64,000 nucleotides of DNA. Origin: Phoronis australis. Lineage: Eukaryota > Animalia > Phoronida. Both the position numbers and the translations under genes were made by a program. Location of the stretch: positions 291,760 through 355,759 of the forward strand of contig NMRA01000107.1 in assembly GCA_002633005.1 (NCBI GenBank), in the 5' to 3' direction. Shown here one piece after another: positions 1-15,200 of the stretch (position 1 is its first letter; each line of letters starts with the position of its first letter). Under the pieces are notes generated by a model. That model saw only the letters and a list, made by a program, of their open reading frames with translations, was not told the DNA's origin and did no database searches.

Positions 1-135
1 ACTACGTACGAACACACCTTTCAAATTTCAGTAACACCATAGTATAGGTTTAGGAGATACAGCAGCAAACGCCGGATGCCTAGACAGTAATGACGACAGT
101 ATGCACCCACATATAAGTATGTGGGCACATAAAAA
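1..135 (+). mobile_element. Terminus of Helentron/HINE-like element (same family as 52183-54760)
   Basis: ACGCCGGA..GACAG..ATGACG followed by the stem-loop ATGCACCCACATAT..ATGTGGGCACAT-AAAAA; matches the end at 54690-54760. Confidence 0.7.
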
Positions 136-159
136 CATCTCACTGGCCAAGTGACTCAC

Positions 160-259
160 CATAGATCCAAGCAACAACGACACACTCAAAGAACGCAATG
201 GACATGACGGAGAAAGCAGCGCAGTACCAGTCCATCACCTGGAATAGGTACATTCCACC
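160..259 (-). CDS. SLC6: SLC6 coding exon 10 (TM10)
   Basis: ATTTCAG|[33 protein letters not shown](G)|GTGAGT; 100 nt. Confidence 0.94.
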
Positions 260-3200
260 CTGAAATATAGCAAACAAGTGTGAAACTAACTGATTCACAT
301 TAACAATACTCCATCACTTGGAATAGGTAAATTCCACCCTGAAATATAACAAGCTAGTGTGAAACTAACTGAAATTCACATTCACTATTAGTCCATTACC
401 TGGAATAGGTACATTCCTACCTGAAATATAGCAAACAATTGGTGTGAAACTAAATGTCATTTTTATTAATAATAGTCCATCACCTGCAATACTCTACATG
501 ACATAACTATAGTATCTTATTAATAATAGTCCATCACCTGGAATACTCTACATGACATAACTATAGTACAAGTCATTCTTATTAATAATAGCCCATCACC
601 TGGAATACTCTACATGACATAACTATAGTACAAGTCATTCTTATTAGTAATAGTCCATCACCTGCAATACTCTACATGACATAACTATAGTACAAGTCAT
701 TCTTATTAACAATAGCCCATCACCTGCAATACTCTACATGACATAACTATAGTACAAGTCATTCTTATTAGTAATAGTCCATCACCTGCAATACTCTACA
801 TGACATAACTATAGTCCATCACCTGCAATACTCTACATGACATAACTATAGCCCATCACCTGCAATACTCTACATGACATAACTATAGTACAAGTCAAAA
901 GAAAACGGACAAAGCGTCTCATTATTCTGCATTATGACAGCTGAGCGCGAACAGAATTCCATGCTATGACAGTTCGATCACTTATTGTTAAAAAATTGGC
1001 TCAAATTGTTCCATAATATATGTGATTACTGGGCTGCTAACCACTGACAGCTGGTTATCAGGCAAGACTTGCCACATTGTGTCATTTTATTTGCTGACTA
1101 CAGTCTCAAAGAATAACAAATTGTCAGTTACTTGCAAGACCAAAAAACCACGTCTCATCTGAGTAACAAATAAGTTGAGACTAATTTTGTAGACGTGGCA
1201 ATTTCTTTGAGGAAACACAGGATTGCTGCCATTTTAAAATGGTGAGCATCATATTTGAATCACGTTAGTACTTCAGAAAACCTGTTGCACAGCCCCATCA
1301 CTACACTGCCGTTGTTTTTTATCGACAGAATGTAGCGCGTATAGTACCGTCAGAGGCCCTAAAGTCGTGAGTGCCCTAAAGTCGTGAACGATCTTATTTC
1401 CTCTTCTGCGCGGTCCTGCGACATCTGGTGTTGAAGTTTCCAGCGTTCGTCTGCTTACGAACGTCAAACGAATACCCGGACCTGTTCATATTCACAATAT
1501 GATAACAAACAGTGAGTGAGTGGCTTCTTTTTTCAAATGTATCTTAAAAACAGCATATTTCACTAATTCATTTTTTTGGGCATTTTTGGGATATATTTTC
1601 GAAAATATTTATCGTTCAGATTTACTCAAACACGCGCTCCAGGGGTAGCTTAAACAATGTATCAAAATGTCCCAGGGTTGATCAAGTTTTTTAAGGCCAA
1701 AACAATAAAATACAGAGCGATAATTGATGCTGGGTTCTTAGCGTTTTACGTGAACAACCTCATTGAAAACGTCTGTGCACATCAAAGTTGGGTGCAAAAC
1801 TTATAACAATTTATTTCAATTGAAACTGAATTAATAAACAATGCAATGCATTTTATGTCATTTAGAGTAACTGTACGCACTGTAGTTGACTTGTGAGGTC
1901 TTACTTCGTGTATTTTCGTCAAACCGAAACGGTCACGACTTTAAGGCCTCATTCAAAATGGCCGCCGATATCAGCGACCGTTTCAAAACTCTGCTTACGG
2001 AGACAAACAAGGATTAAGATTGTCAAAACACGTATATTTGTGAAGGCTGATATATGTCCATGACATCACAGGAGCAGTTGCTAACGGACATTGGGTAGTA
2101 TGACAATCGGCACTTATTATGCTCATATTCACGACTTTAGGTCACCGGTGTATACGATTCAATTTATGGTAATCACATACAGACACAGGGTTTGACTTGA
2201 TGGCTAGCAATTCGGCGATGTGACCTTAAGACTTTGTTTGATGACCTCGAGAAATACCAAGTCGGCACACACACACATCCGAGCACGCACTCAGAATATT
2301 ACAGCAAGTGAACAGTTGATGACTCGTACTTAAACAATGCCTCTTGATTGGCTGCTTCTCACTTAGGTAGAAGGTAGGTGTCCATGGAATATTGAGCCCT
2401 AGATCACAATGCACTCCATAATTAGAGCACATCATTCAACTTCACATCTACTTTTAAATTCCTGAAATCATTCCTCAGTTTCGAAACCATGCTAAAATTT
2501 GCTAAATATTAAGTTATACCGTCTTGCATTTCTACTTACTTAAGACCCTATGAATGTGAATGACTCATTTATGACTTCATGAAAAACACAAGTGCATTAT
2601 TATTTTCATTGACTTATCAACAGGCGTAAAAACTCAACAAAGCTTCCGTCAGATCTTGGAAACCTGGTCGTTGGCATGTCGAGCAATTTGCAATATCCTT
2701 CGCTTGTTATGTGACTGAGTGTGAAAAACAAAGTGAGAATGACTCCAGTCTACCCAATCAGTTCAAAACTTTTTCACATGAGCATCTGACCATGTCCCTG
2801 TCTTGTTACCAAAGAGGCAAACTAATTCAGGGAGTTATGGAGTTCTGTGAAGAGGTAACTAGCTAGCTAGGTGCAAGGAAATACTTACTTATGGAAACGA
2901 TACTAAATAAATGTACAAGGTTTTGAAGCAGACGCAAGTCTTCAACATACAGTCAACGCCAAGCAGGAGGTAACGGTTGGGTGAAGTGTGGCAATGTTTG
3001 CCATGGATTTCAAAATTCTTTAAGGAAATTGATTGTGGGCTGAATTCTAACAAGTACTCCTTATGCCGCATGCAAGCGATAGGTTGCTGAGCCATCATAT
3101 TCTTGTGAAACGCAAGCAATTTAAGGGGTAATGATTCAAGAAAGAATAGGACTGTGTACCTCAACAGGGTGGGGCAACTGAATAGATTAAGAGTAGAAAG

Positions 3201-6200
3201 CAATTCAAGAGCACACGGACATGTGAAATAAGGGTTCTACAGTGTTAAAATTCAGAATCACCCACTAAAAACTAATTACCGATTTTCCAAGTCTAGGAAC
3301 TTCTGGGGAGTAACTACACACTACGATAATACACTTTTTAACACTTGTAGCTGTCGAATAAAGGTTAAATCATCTGGACTTACCTTATTACATATGGTGT
3401 ATCTAACAGCAATTAACCCACCTGCATACAATAAGGTATCCCAAGTAACATCATCACGAAGCAGATAACACCACACAGCAGAGTCTTCCTCTTCTGCAAA
3501 TACTTAGGGTACTCGTCCGCAACACAGCTGATGATTGTCTCCACCATACCAAACTATTGAATACCAAGTTACAAGATATTAACATTGAAGCCGATGTTGG
3601 GTAAAGAAGACATGTAACTACAAACTAGTAGAGATTGACAGATGTGCCATCCTCAGCGTCCAATATGACATGTTGTGGTAAGCTGCATCTTCAAGATCCC
3701 ATCTTCAGTATTTCTATCAATAATGAATTTGATTATGTTATTAGAACTGTTATTTTGCTATGGATGTCTGTTAGCATCTTCTGCAATGACTGCATTGAAA
3801 AGTCGCATGGTTGAAATTGACACTTACTGAGACTGTCGTTGGCCACACATACTCAGTCTAGGCAACAATTTAATATTTTTCAATAATCCTGACTTTGTTA
3901 ACCTCCTAATAGGGAAGCGACACCAGTGACATGCATGACAGGGTCGCGTCATTTTGAGTCATTTCCGTGCATGAACACGTCATAGGACCACGTACTTGAA
4001 TGCCTTGCAAAGTTTTCTGACCGTATATTTTTCATTCGTTCAAGTTGCAAAATTTGCACAGTGAACAAATGGAAGGCATTTGCACTAAGTTTATCTAACT
4101 TGCATCTTCAACCATTTTGATGACGACCATATGGCAGGAGAGTTCAAGAAAAGTGGCAGGCATTTTCTCATTTCTAAAGTTGCATACTTAGCTACTAGAA
4201 TACATGCAGCGCTTAGAAAGAGCTGATTTTTTTGCTTTTCATAACTAGCCTTGTAGCAAATTCTATAAACTTCAGGTCTGTGGAATTCAATTTCAAAGGT
4301 CACAGGTAGCCAAGGTGACTCCCTGGCTCCAATAAACCCTGGGTAAGAGCTCACTTTTTAATTGCTTGAAATTTCCAATTATACCGCCCACTTCTGGGTG
4401 AAGCGGCTGAGTTTGCCAATTGAAGCACACAAGGTGTTATCCCGCATGTTTACGGAATTAAAACGCAATACGCACGACAGACCAGCAGATGCAAAATTTA
4501 TGAAGAAAAAGGTCATTACTTTTGTGTGAATTAAGTCAGAATTACCACAGTATCAACAGGTAGATTATGTAGGACTTAGGAGAGAATTCCGAGTATTCTG
4601 CCATATATCTACACAGCTATAGACTTCAACTCTCAGTAAGAGTGTCTGGTACAATCTCACCAACTCAGGAAACAACATGGCCGACGAGTGAAATTTCTCT
4701 TTACATTTTCTTCACAAAAGATAAATAGCACAAAATAAAGGCTTTACCAGTCTATACTTGTATACCAGAGGTGCCCTCGCACTATCTTTTGAAGTAACTG
4801 TGGGCATTCATGCCAACGATGGGGAGGACTTCGAGAAATGAAAAAGATCAATTTCGCCAAACACTTTTGTATAAAAATGGTGAGATTTTACAGTCCATTT
4901 TCTGACAACTCGTAACAGATTTTAGGAGAGCATTGCACAAAGCATGGCATGCGTAGTTTAGCAAGTGAAAGTTTCATAAGAGTCTGATCAGCCATATCTG
5001 CCATACGATGTCGCAAACTTAGGACGTTTTTTAGTGTCCTAAAAGTAACATTATTCTAAATGAAACTATTGATTCCCTTCCAAATTGCGTGTCATGCACA
5101 CTTCCTTGGGCATGTCATGCAGACTTTCTTAATGTCCAAAGGAGTTGATTGAAAACTAGGCTTCAAAGATGGAGCAAATTTCACTCCTAATCAAAGACAT
5201 CAATCAACAAAAAGACAACAAACATAAGGCAATTGATGGTACATGACGCAGCATGAAAGGATGCCTTTACCTGAGTGTCGACACCAATGGTCAGCAGTGT
5301 GAGAAAGAAACAGATTGCCCAGAACGGAGAGATGGGTAGCATGTTGATTGCCTCAGGGTATGCTACAAAAGCCAGTCCTGGGCCTGCAAGAGAAGAACTT
5401 TTCTAGAACCAATGAGCATATTAGTGGCTTCAGCCCCAACATTTCCCACTTCCACTCCACACTATCTCTCTCTCTTTGTCTATATCACTCAGACACGGAT
5501 TTCAGATGTTTGAAGGGTGTTATAAATCCAAAAGCTGTACAAATTCGATTGCTCAATTGAATATGAGAACAGACTAATGTAGAAATTCTGTTTTGTAGAA
5601 TTAAAACAATCCGATAGTAAGGCCGTTATTGTTCATGTAGTGAAGCAGTTTGATCATCTAAACAGAAAATAATCAACATTTTGGCATGATTGGAAGAGTT
5701 GGCCCAGCTAAAGCTGTATACAGTTTGCCAGAACATCGTTACAACACTAGATGACTAGCGGTGAAACATGATTGAAAACAAAATGATTTCATGTACGATC
5801 ATGACAAACAATTCGATGAATTGCATTTTTATATCAAGTGCAAAATGCACATTTTCACTGACAAAAAGAACTTCGGTTGCCAACTGCTGCTTGTACACAT
5901 TATCTCGATTCTCTTGATTTGGGACATTCAGACTTGTGTCAAAAATCGCAAGATCCACCATTTTCATTTGAAAGGTCATATCATATGAAAGCATTTACAG
6001 TTCTAAACACTGCCAAGTTCCAGACCCGTTTAAAAAAGATTAGTCTTGTAGTGTTTGAAATTGAGAAAGTTGGGCAGATTCCCCATTTTGACAACCAATC
6101 ACTGAACGACAGCAAATCCAGGACTTTATATGTACATAACTTGTACTGTATTCATACGAGCATCGTAAAACACTTTAGCTGGAATGTAGTAAGTTAAAAT

Positions 6201-9200
6201 GATTTAAATTAGACATGTAACAAAAGTGTTTTAGCTGCAACGTTTTAACTCATTACATATGCGTAACTGATTTTTTCCGCTGAAAAAGGAAGAGCGCTCA
6301 ATGCACATGTGCCAAATAATGATACATCACCTGGCTAATAACATTTTGTGTACAAAAATGGGCAGTTGCCGTTGAACTCCAACAAAATTTTCTTGTGGTA
6401 CCAAGCTTGGCTGATAAACAAGCATTTTTAAGCTAAAATGTACCCGGTAAAACATTTTAAATTGATGATCGTGTGAATATAGTTTATGTGGCCGGTAGGC
6501 TACTAAGTCGAGTTAAATACATACAGCATATTCCAATGTTAATGTGTAAAAGCAGCTTACAGTGTGTATACAGTTTTAATTGAGACTTTATGAAACGAGC
6601 AACTGTCCTCAGAGGAGGTACTCGGCTCACGTATAGATGGGGTTGTGCCATGCTTGAGACCGCACTATTCAACTTGGTACAGATACTTACACAACCATGT
6701 CATTTGTCGTGACTTGTGCATTTTTGCATTTAGTCTGACCAGAAACTTTCATTTTACGCTATTTAATTTATATTTTTTTACTCTTTCAAAGCTCATTACA
6801 GCATTCCACTTCTGGTCACTGCATATCTTGATCTTATAGTTATTCCGAACTTCTGACTCTAGCGTATGTAAGCCAGTACTAAGCCCCGATACTTTTTCAC
6901 CAGAAAATGGCTTTACAAGGCAGCACAGCCCCATGAAGTCAGTGTACAGGAGTACCGCTCACCACAAACTGTGAACAAATGTCCTACATTGCAACCACAT
7001 CAGGAACACTATGTGTTTGCTCATGGAGGAACACACATTGAATGATTACATTTTACAACCTGCTGAATAACCATTTTGTGGACATGCTAAACTGGCAGAT
7101 GGCCGAGTGCAGGTAAACCAAGCCAAACCAGTAGCTGACCATAGCAAACTGAGGGAGTGTAGCATAAACTTATGGCAAGTTCTTGTGAAACATTGGCTAT
7201 CCCCAAGGCAAATAAAACGCCATAAACAATCCACTCAGGATTGCAATGGATATGAATGCAAAAAAAACATGCTATTATATGTGCAATACTAACGCTTTAA
7301 ACAGCAATCAGTGGTGATTTTGGGAATAGGCGCCTTGACAGCATGGTTGACGCAAAGATTTAACAAACAAAATTACAAACTGAACAAGGTATCCACATAC
7401 AGTCGCACTGTATGACATTTGTTCACTGAAAAGTCAACTAAACTAATGTGAAAGAGTGTGACGACTATGTCAGGTCATCATTTGGAAAACTGAGTCTACA
7501 ACAGAAATCCCGCCAACCATAAAGAACATATCTTTTGGTTACCACCCCATCACCCCCAACAAGTTTAAGGCAAATTACAGATCACTCATCTAGGTCATCA
7601 CGCCATGCCAATCATCCCTCTACCCAGATCTAATGCCTCTTGGCGCTTTCTGGGTTATGTATATTCATTGTATTCTGAAGATTTCGTAATAAACATTAAA
7701 AAAAAAATCATCCCTCTATATCATCACCCTATCACCCCCATCGGGGTCTATTTTCCCTCCAGATCATCATCCCATGACCCCAACACGCCCATCATTCTGC
7801 TCGGTCAATAGGTCATCACCCCATGATCCCAAAGTGGTCAAGGAACGGTGAACTAGCAGAACAATGTCCCAAGTTGTGAACGTCAAACTTCCTGAATAAC
7901 ATTGTATATGCCCGACAAATACGCAGCTATCGCAATAGTGAGTAAAATGGATGCACGGCGCAGGCCTAGCAAGGCGTTGGGGGAAAATACCCCCAAGACA
8001 TGCAAACAGGGCTCACAGTCGCAGACTGTGGAAATGAGGTCGGTTACTGAAGACCTCAGCAGATGGCGCAGAAGCTGTTTATCACACTCACACACATACT
8101 TCCTTGTTTACAGCCAGAACAGCTGAGGCAAGACGGTGTTAGATAACCACAGCAGTGCTGTTGACTCTTGCAACATATCTCAATAAGTAGAGAAGATTTA
8201 GACAATGCGTACAAGGATTCTTGTAGGTCTAACATCTTCTTGAAAACTTTCAGACTACTAAGAACCTGAATTTACTTCCAGGCAAATATTCTTTGTGACT
8301 AGTGACTCACTTGCATGAAGCAGACCCCTGTACATGTGTTAAGTCAACTAATGCCATGTTAAGATGTAGGACCATATATGTCCAAATTTGGCTCACTTTG
8401 CATCTCAGAAACGGCCAATTTGGATTCATATGAAACGTATGACATATATTATGCTTTACGCACAGTTCTACATATTTAGAGCTATTAGGAATTGTTTTCA
8501 AAGGGTTTCATTTTTGCACGAGGGGCTATAAAAATAGGACTTTTTACGATTTTCATGAAAAAAAAAATTCAAAGTCTCATGTAATGAAATCAAAATAATA
8601 TTTCAGCAAACTGTTACAGTGTTTCTGAGATCTCACCTCGAACATTTATATCAAATAAGAATTGATCATGTTATTGATGTCATTGTTTTGCTAACAATGT
8701 ACCAGTTTCCTTTTTGCTGAATTTTAGTAAAAGACATGTTCACATGACCTAATTAATAACAGATTGGCAAAGAGTCAACAATCAAATTCTACAGGAATTT
8801 TACTTTCAAAAAATAAATACTTTTACAGACATAAAAGTTATAGTTTTGTAGACATTTGGCTGAACAGACAGACTTGTCAATAAGGGCCTACATAATCTTA
8901 AAATAAATTAAAATTCTTAAAGAAACTTTACAGATGCAACACTATGAAAGGGATACACGTGAGTCACACACTTTTGTATGAAATCTAATGAGGAATGTAT
9001 GATAAGCAGTCAATGATTAACTACATCAACGCATCCAAAGGTTTACAGTGAACCAAGCACAGGTCACTTTGAATACATTAGGTTGGTTGGTTTACAACGC
9101 TAACTAATGTATTTGGCTTGAGCTTGCAAGAGTCAGAAGCGTGGCTGAGTAGTTGAGAAAAGAAGTTTAACAAATGACGGAGGTCATCATATACTTCTGG

Positions 9201-12200
9201 TCAAAGTCATCGCACATACAGTGACGAGAGGCGATGAGTCTAACCTTGCGTGATCACGTCTTTTATCGGCAATTTAGCCTCCTTGGCCATAAAACCGATT
9301 ACCGAGAAAATTACAAATCCACCGAAAAAGCTTGTGAAACAGTTGATAAGCGGCACAATAATCGAGTCCCTTCAAAAACAGAAAGAGCATTAGATTTTAG
9401 TTATTGATTGATGGATCAAGAACATTCACTTTGTAAATCAAAGAATGTTCTAGTTACAGAATGACATTTTTGAGCAAAAGAACAAAAAAATAAATTAAGG
9501 AAGTTTTTACAAGTTTGGCTAAGGCTGCATTGCAATTTGATCCATCATTCATTAACGTCAAATAACAATCGCTAAATTTTGCTTGGGTTTTCAAATAGTT
9601 TCCACGAAAAACGGAGTGCTAACTAAAGATTGTATTTTGTTAACCAAAACTAAACGCACTGTATCAGTTTGAAAGCTAACGGACTGTGCACTTGAAACAA
9701 CTAATAGATTACACTTGAAAGGCAGACAATTTTGAAAGTTATATAGGAGTCTAACAGCTACGGAAAAAAATCTTCAGTTTGGGACACAAAAATGGACCGG
9801 TGAAATTTTATTACGCCAAACTTCTCAATAAAACAACATTTCAGGAAAATCAACTTTGCTTTGGTTTGTATGGCATAGCTACTGCCAAACAAAATTTGAT
9901 AAAATTTCAAGCATTTGCAACATTGTAGTAAGCCTCTAAAAAATAGAAATATGGCAATTTTAGCAATTATTTTTGTCCAAACTGAAGAATATTTACTGCA
10001 ACATTTGACAATTCAACAAGATTCTACCACAAAGACAAGTAGATCAAGACAAAATCCGCTTGTAGCTTTCAACATATTGGAAAATGCGGGTAAAAATTCT
10101 ACGTATCTATGAACATTTCAGATACTTTCACCAGCTTCCATTTTCCAACAAATGATGTGACGGATCAAGTGAGGTCACAATGAGGGTCACCGACCCAGGT
10201 TGGTTGACTAGATCTCTCACAACTGCATATGGAGACCAAGCTAACTAATCGTAATCTCGTAGGAGCCAGTCCTTGTCATGACGTCACACACTCCAACCCA
10301 ACTCAACATTAATTTGAGAATGGAAGCTGATGAGATTATCCGAAAGCATTCATATCTAAGCAAAATTTTTGTCTGCTTGAAAAAGAACCTATCACTAATC
10401 AGAGTTTTAACCAGACAGAAGAAATTATTTGGAGATACTGGAAGTAGATTTCAGCAAAAAAAAAATAACTTGTGTAGTTGATGTGAAACATTTTATGGAA
10501 ACGGAAATTCTGATGTTCAATGTAACGTCGTTAAAAGTTGATTTACGCTACACTTTGTTCAGCTCAATGCCGATGTGCAGCTGAAGTTTCAGTACTGCAA
10601 ACTTATGTCATCATAATCAACTGACACACGGTCGCGTGCATGCGCGTGTTGCAATGAAATCACTACACTGTGTAGTAACATAAGTATTGCTTCCTGCTTT
10701 GCAAATCACTGACTGTGGATGGTCAGCAAGCAACTCTTTAAATAAAACAGTAAAACTTCCTCAATTCCAAAAGATTGTTTTCTACAAACCATGTGTGTGC
10801 GCGTTTGTGCATGTGTGTGCGCGCATAAAAATGGTCATTCTCATGCAATAATATTTAATTGTTCTGTGTGACGATAAAAAACGTAATTCACATTTAATGA
10901 ATTTTTCTTGAAAAGAATACGTTAACTCGACAGCAGAAAGCAGGAGATTCCCACTGGTTGTGTTTTCCAGGAGATTCCCACTGGTTGTGTTTTCCAGGAG
11001 ATTCCCACCGGTTGTGTTTTCCAGGTTTTAGGATGCATTAGATAGATGGTGGCTGGCATGTTATGACTGAGTAGGTGCCAAACAGAAACACTCAGTCCAT
11101 AGAAATTTGTACGTGATACTGTAACTATCTTAAGGAAAGTTGCAGGACACAGGTGTTAGTGACGTGTTATGTACACTTGTCAGACTATCAATGGCAAAAG
11201 CACTCTTAATATGGCGTAGACAAAAAAAGAAAGAAAGCGCTGTATGGAAAATAATCTTATAATCAAACATTGGCAGTCTGATTTTAATGTTAAAAAGCAT
11301 AGGCACCTGTAAACCGCCACCCTGAATAGCTGAAAGCTTTGAGAATCAGGCTTAAGTACACATTCTGGTATCGTGTACAGCGATTTGAGAGAAATAAAAT
11401 GTACTTCAAGGTTAACGACTCAATTTTTAAAAAACAAAATAATGCTTCACACGGATTTAGATCGAGGTCCAACTGTAATTTAGTTGTTTTTAATGAACAG
11501 TACTTCAACACAAAATCATGCGTCTCTCAAAAGCAACACTTAGGGTTATAAAGGTGCATTTCGCCCAACTAAGCTGACTAAAACAAAAACAGAATTAGGC
11601 TTCTTATCCTCATAAAATCAGTCTCATAATTCAATCCTTAACGCGACAGGATTCTACTTAAGTTAACAAACACGAACATAAAAAGCAATGCTTCACAGAT
11701 AACTGGAGTTGACTAACCCTAAATCACGAGTATGAAAATGGCGCATGTCACTGGAGTTGTTGACTCATTTGGCAACAATTCAAGATCTGATCCATGTGGC
11801 AATGTTTTTAAACCCAAAAACGCTTCAGTTAAGAATATAACATTAACAGCTAAACAGGGGTGAAATGCAGATCTTAAGTACATCCACAGTCAGCTAAAAA
11901 GTGTCTGGAAGTTAACAACACGAATCAAAACATTACGAGATACTTTTAAAATTCACTTCACATTTTCGTGTGCTTGACCATTTAATCTTTTGTATGTTAC
12001 TATGGATAATACATTAATTACGTAAATTACTTGAATACAAAGAAAAATGCACTTGTAAGTAACCTACCTGTAGACATTGTTGTGAAACTTGTTATAGCTT
12101 GACATGGTAATGAGTCCGCCCCAGGCCGGGCCAAGAGAGTAGAAGATTTGAAGAGCTGCCTCCCCCCAAACCTTGAGAGAAATACAAAGTTCATTTTATG

Positions 12201-15200
12201 TGCCTTTTAGGTTGCGGTAACAATTCTTCAGTTTGGGACAGTCTATAAAATTTGGGACACTGAAATTCAAGCCAAAATTGATTCAATTCTGAAGGTTTGG
12301 ACATGATTTCCTTTGGCATTCGTCATATTTCTCAAATGTTGGACACTGCATTTTATATCGGTAAAGTCTGATATAAAATTGTCCAAAATAGCAGCTAACG
12401 CAAAATTCGTTTATCGTAATTCTTCAATTAGGGACGACCAATACTGCCTGTCTCTAAAATTTGGTACAAGCTCTAACCTTGAGCAACATAATTCATTTTT
12501 CAGTCCCAAAATGGAGAATGTGTACCTTAACACTGTTGTTTATTAACAAACATGCGTCACAAGGTCATAAAATTGTCCCCCGATGAGCTGGCATGCACAT
12601 TATGTTTAAGGCTACACTTTTATTAAACTTCTGAATTTTTGTGTTTGGCGAACCAGATGAATATCTTTGCAACACTTTGTTTTTAACATATCTGAACATG
12701 ATCACGATTTCCAGACAAGAAAATTTCGCTTTAAAAACGATTTTAATACACCATGTGATGTAACTTCAACACTTCTCACCATGACCTTGAAAATGAAGTC
12801 AATGTCATCAACTGAGACTTTGTCATAAATGAAACATTTAGTTCACATTAAACCTTCCAATACTTGAAGTTCAAATAATGGCGCACCATGAAAAGGTCAT
12901 AGTTTGTTTGCCGACACAGGTGCAAACAATACACAGTGTAATTACACATCATCTGATTACTTGTTACTACCTGAAACGACGCAAGACGCGACCATTCTGG
13001 CGTGATGTAAAAAAGTACGCCGTCAACAGCTCCATCCAGAGTAACCCCCCTCACCAGCAGTATCACCAGGAACACATAGGGAGTTACAGCTGTCACATAC
13101 ACCACCTGTCAACACAATGAGGAACTAGTTATGTTCGCTATCATAAAGGTACAGGTCCAATAACTCAACAAAGCAAAGCAATACTGAAGCTTGAAGCAGA
13201 ATCTGAGACATGACTATTGCTGTGCTGACCAGCAGAATGATACTCAAGTGTAGTACAATACACATACTTGTATTAAGTCCCGTTTAGACATCAACTTTTG
13301 GCCCGGCGCAACTGATACGGAGCAAATGGACCCGTGTCAAGCGGCCGTTTACACACATAATTCACTAACCGTGGCAAGACGGAAATTAAAGGCTGGAGAG
13401 ACTGGATCGCACACGCGCAGGTTTACAAATGACGAGAGTTGCAGAGACAAAGAACCCGTACGTAGGTCATTGCACAAGCGCAGTAGAGATGATCCTTTCC
13501 GCCTTACTCCAGTTTCGCATTTAGACTTATAATTAACACGGCGCAAGATGTTCGGGCCCAAATTACTCTACATCACAAACGCGGTATCAATTTGCGCCGT
13601 GTCAGTCCGTTTACACACTGGAACAACTTGTTCCGTGTCAGCTGATCCGTGTCAACTTTGTAAGTGTAAATGGCACTTTAGACACTAAGGTGTGTGACAA
13701 GATGTGTATAAACCTTCACTGAAAATGGTATACTTCTAGGGGGGTATCAAAATGGCCACTAGGTAGCACACATTATGTCGAACCCGGCAGAAAATGGGAA
13801 GGCCTTGTTGCCTCCTTAATAGAAACCTATCTGACAAATTTCAAAAAAATCTGTCCACATACTCCGAAGATACAGAGGCAAAAAATGTAAGAAATAGAAT
13901 TGCCACAAAGAGGCACAGTGGTAGTGGAATTTGTCCAAATGAAGATGTCACCCATTGCCCATTCATAGGGATACAAGATCTTGAAAGGCGTTTAAGAGAA
14001 ACAGTTGCGGATGCAAAATTGCCTCTAGGGGGTGCCACAATAGCAGGTCAGCTGAAGATATCAATGTCCGTCGTGCTGTTGTCAGAAGGAAAATGTCTGC
14101 CAATAGGGCCGTCCTGAAATAGCACAGCACCACTCTCATTTCAGTATATTTAACCACAATGCAACACAGGTGTTAAGTAATTGTTCTGCTCTCTTCACAT
14201 GCAGATGTACTAGTCACTACAATGTAATTCATGATTGTAATGCGGGCAAACCTGTATCACTGCATTTCGAAGCAGGAAGTACAAAAATCAATGCTGGTTA
14301 CAAACTTGCATTGTTCATACTTTGCCAATCAGCTAAGGAGTGCCTGACATTTAGAAAAGTAGGTCAGTCGTGAAGTGCATTTTCCTACCTCTACGAAAGA
14401 GGAGAGTTTAACCGAGGCTAAGCCTATTTACTTAATAATCCAACTGCCCAGTTTGGTGGACAGTGAATGGGCACTACGCCTAATCCATTACAAAATAGAA
14501 AGCTGTCGTCTCCTTAATAAAAACTGGTTTGCAAATTTCAATAAATTCTGTCAATGCACTCTGAAATTAGGTAAACAAAAAATAAAATGGTCACTAGGGG
14601 GCAAAGTCAAGTCTGCCTGAAGGTTGTCGTTAGCCGTAGTCACATTCAAAACATTTGCCAAATTTCACAAAGATCTTGTTTGAAGGAGATACAGCTGGGA
14701 ATGCAAAAATGCCACTAAGAAGCGCCACAGTAGTCAGGACTTGTTACAGTAAGAAAATCAACGTTGGCCATGTCCTCAGTAAGAACACATCTGCCAACTT
14801 TCATAATGATAATTGGAATGGTTTAGTAGATAGAGAATTGATTAGACAACAAAAACAGGCAAGTAAATAATAAAAGTGGCCACAGGGTGGCACTGAATAT
14901 GACAAATTCATACAAAAATGGGAATATGTTGTCTCCTTAATAAAAACATATTAGTAAAAATTTTTTGAAAATCTGAAGAGTATGGCTGGAATGAAGGTTA
15001 CCACTGCCTCTGAATTAGTGACATTGCATCCTAGTAATTAAATGATGGTTACCACTGCCTCTGAATTAGTGACATTGCATCCTAGTAATTAAATGATGGT
15101 TACCACTGCCTCTGAATTAGTGACATTGCATTCTAGTAATTAAAGCTTGTTCTCACGAACATAATCATTCTGTGCCACAAGATTATTTTTCAAAAGAATC

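Noticed and set aside
230-897. CRISPR-like appearance of repeats (also the 150-bp motif arrays)
   Set aside because: The intervening sequences are themselves repeated rather than unique spacers; eukaryotic intron context; no cas genes.
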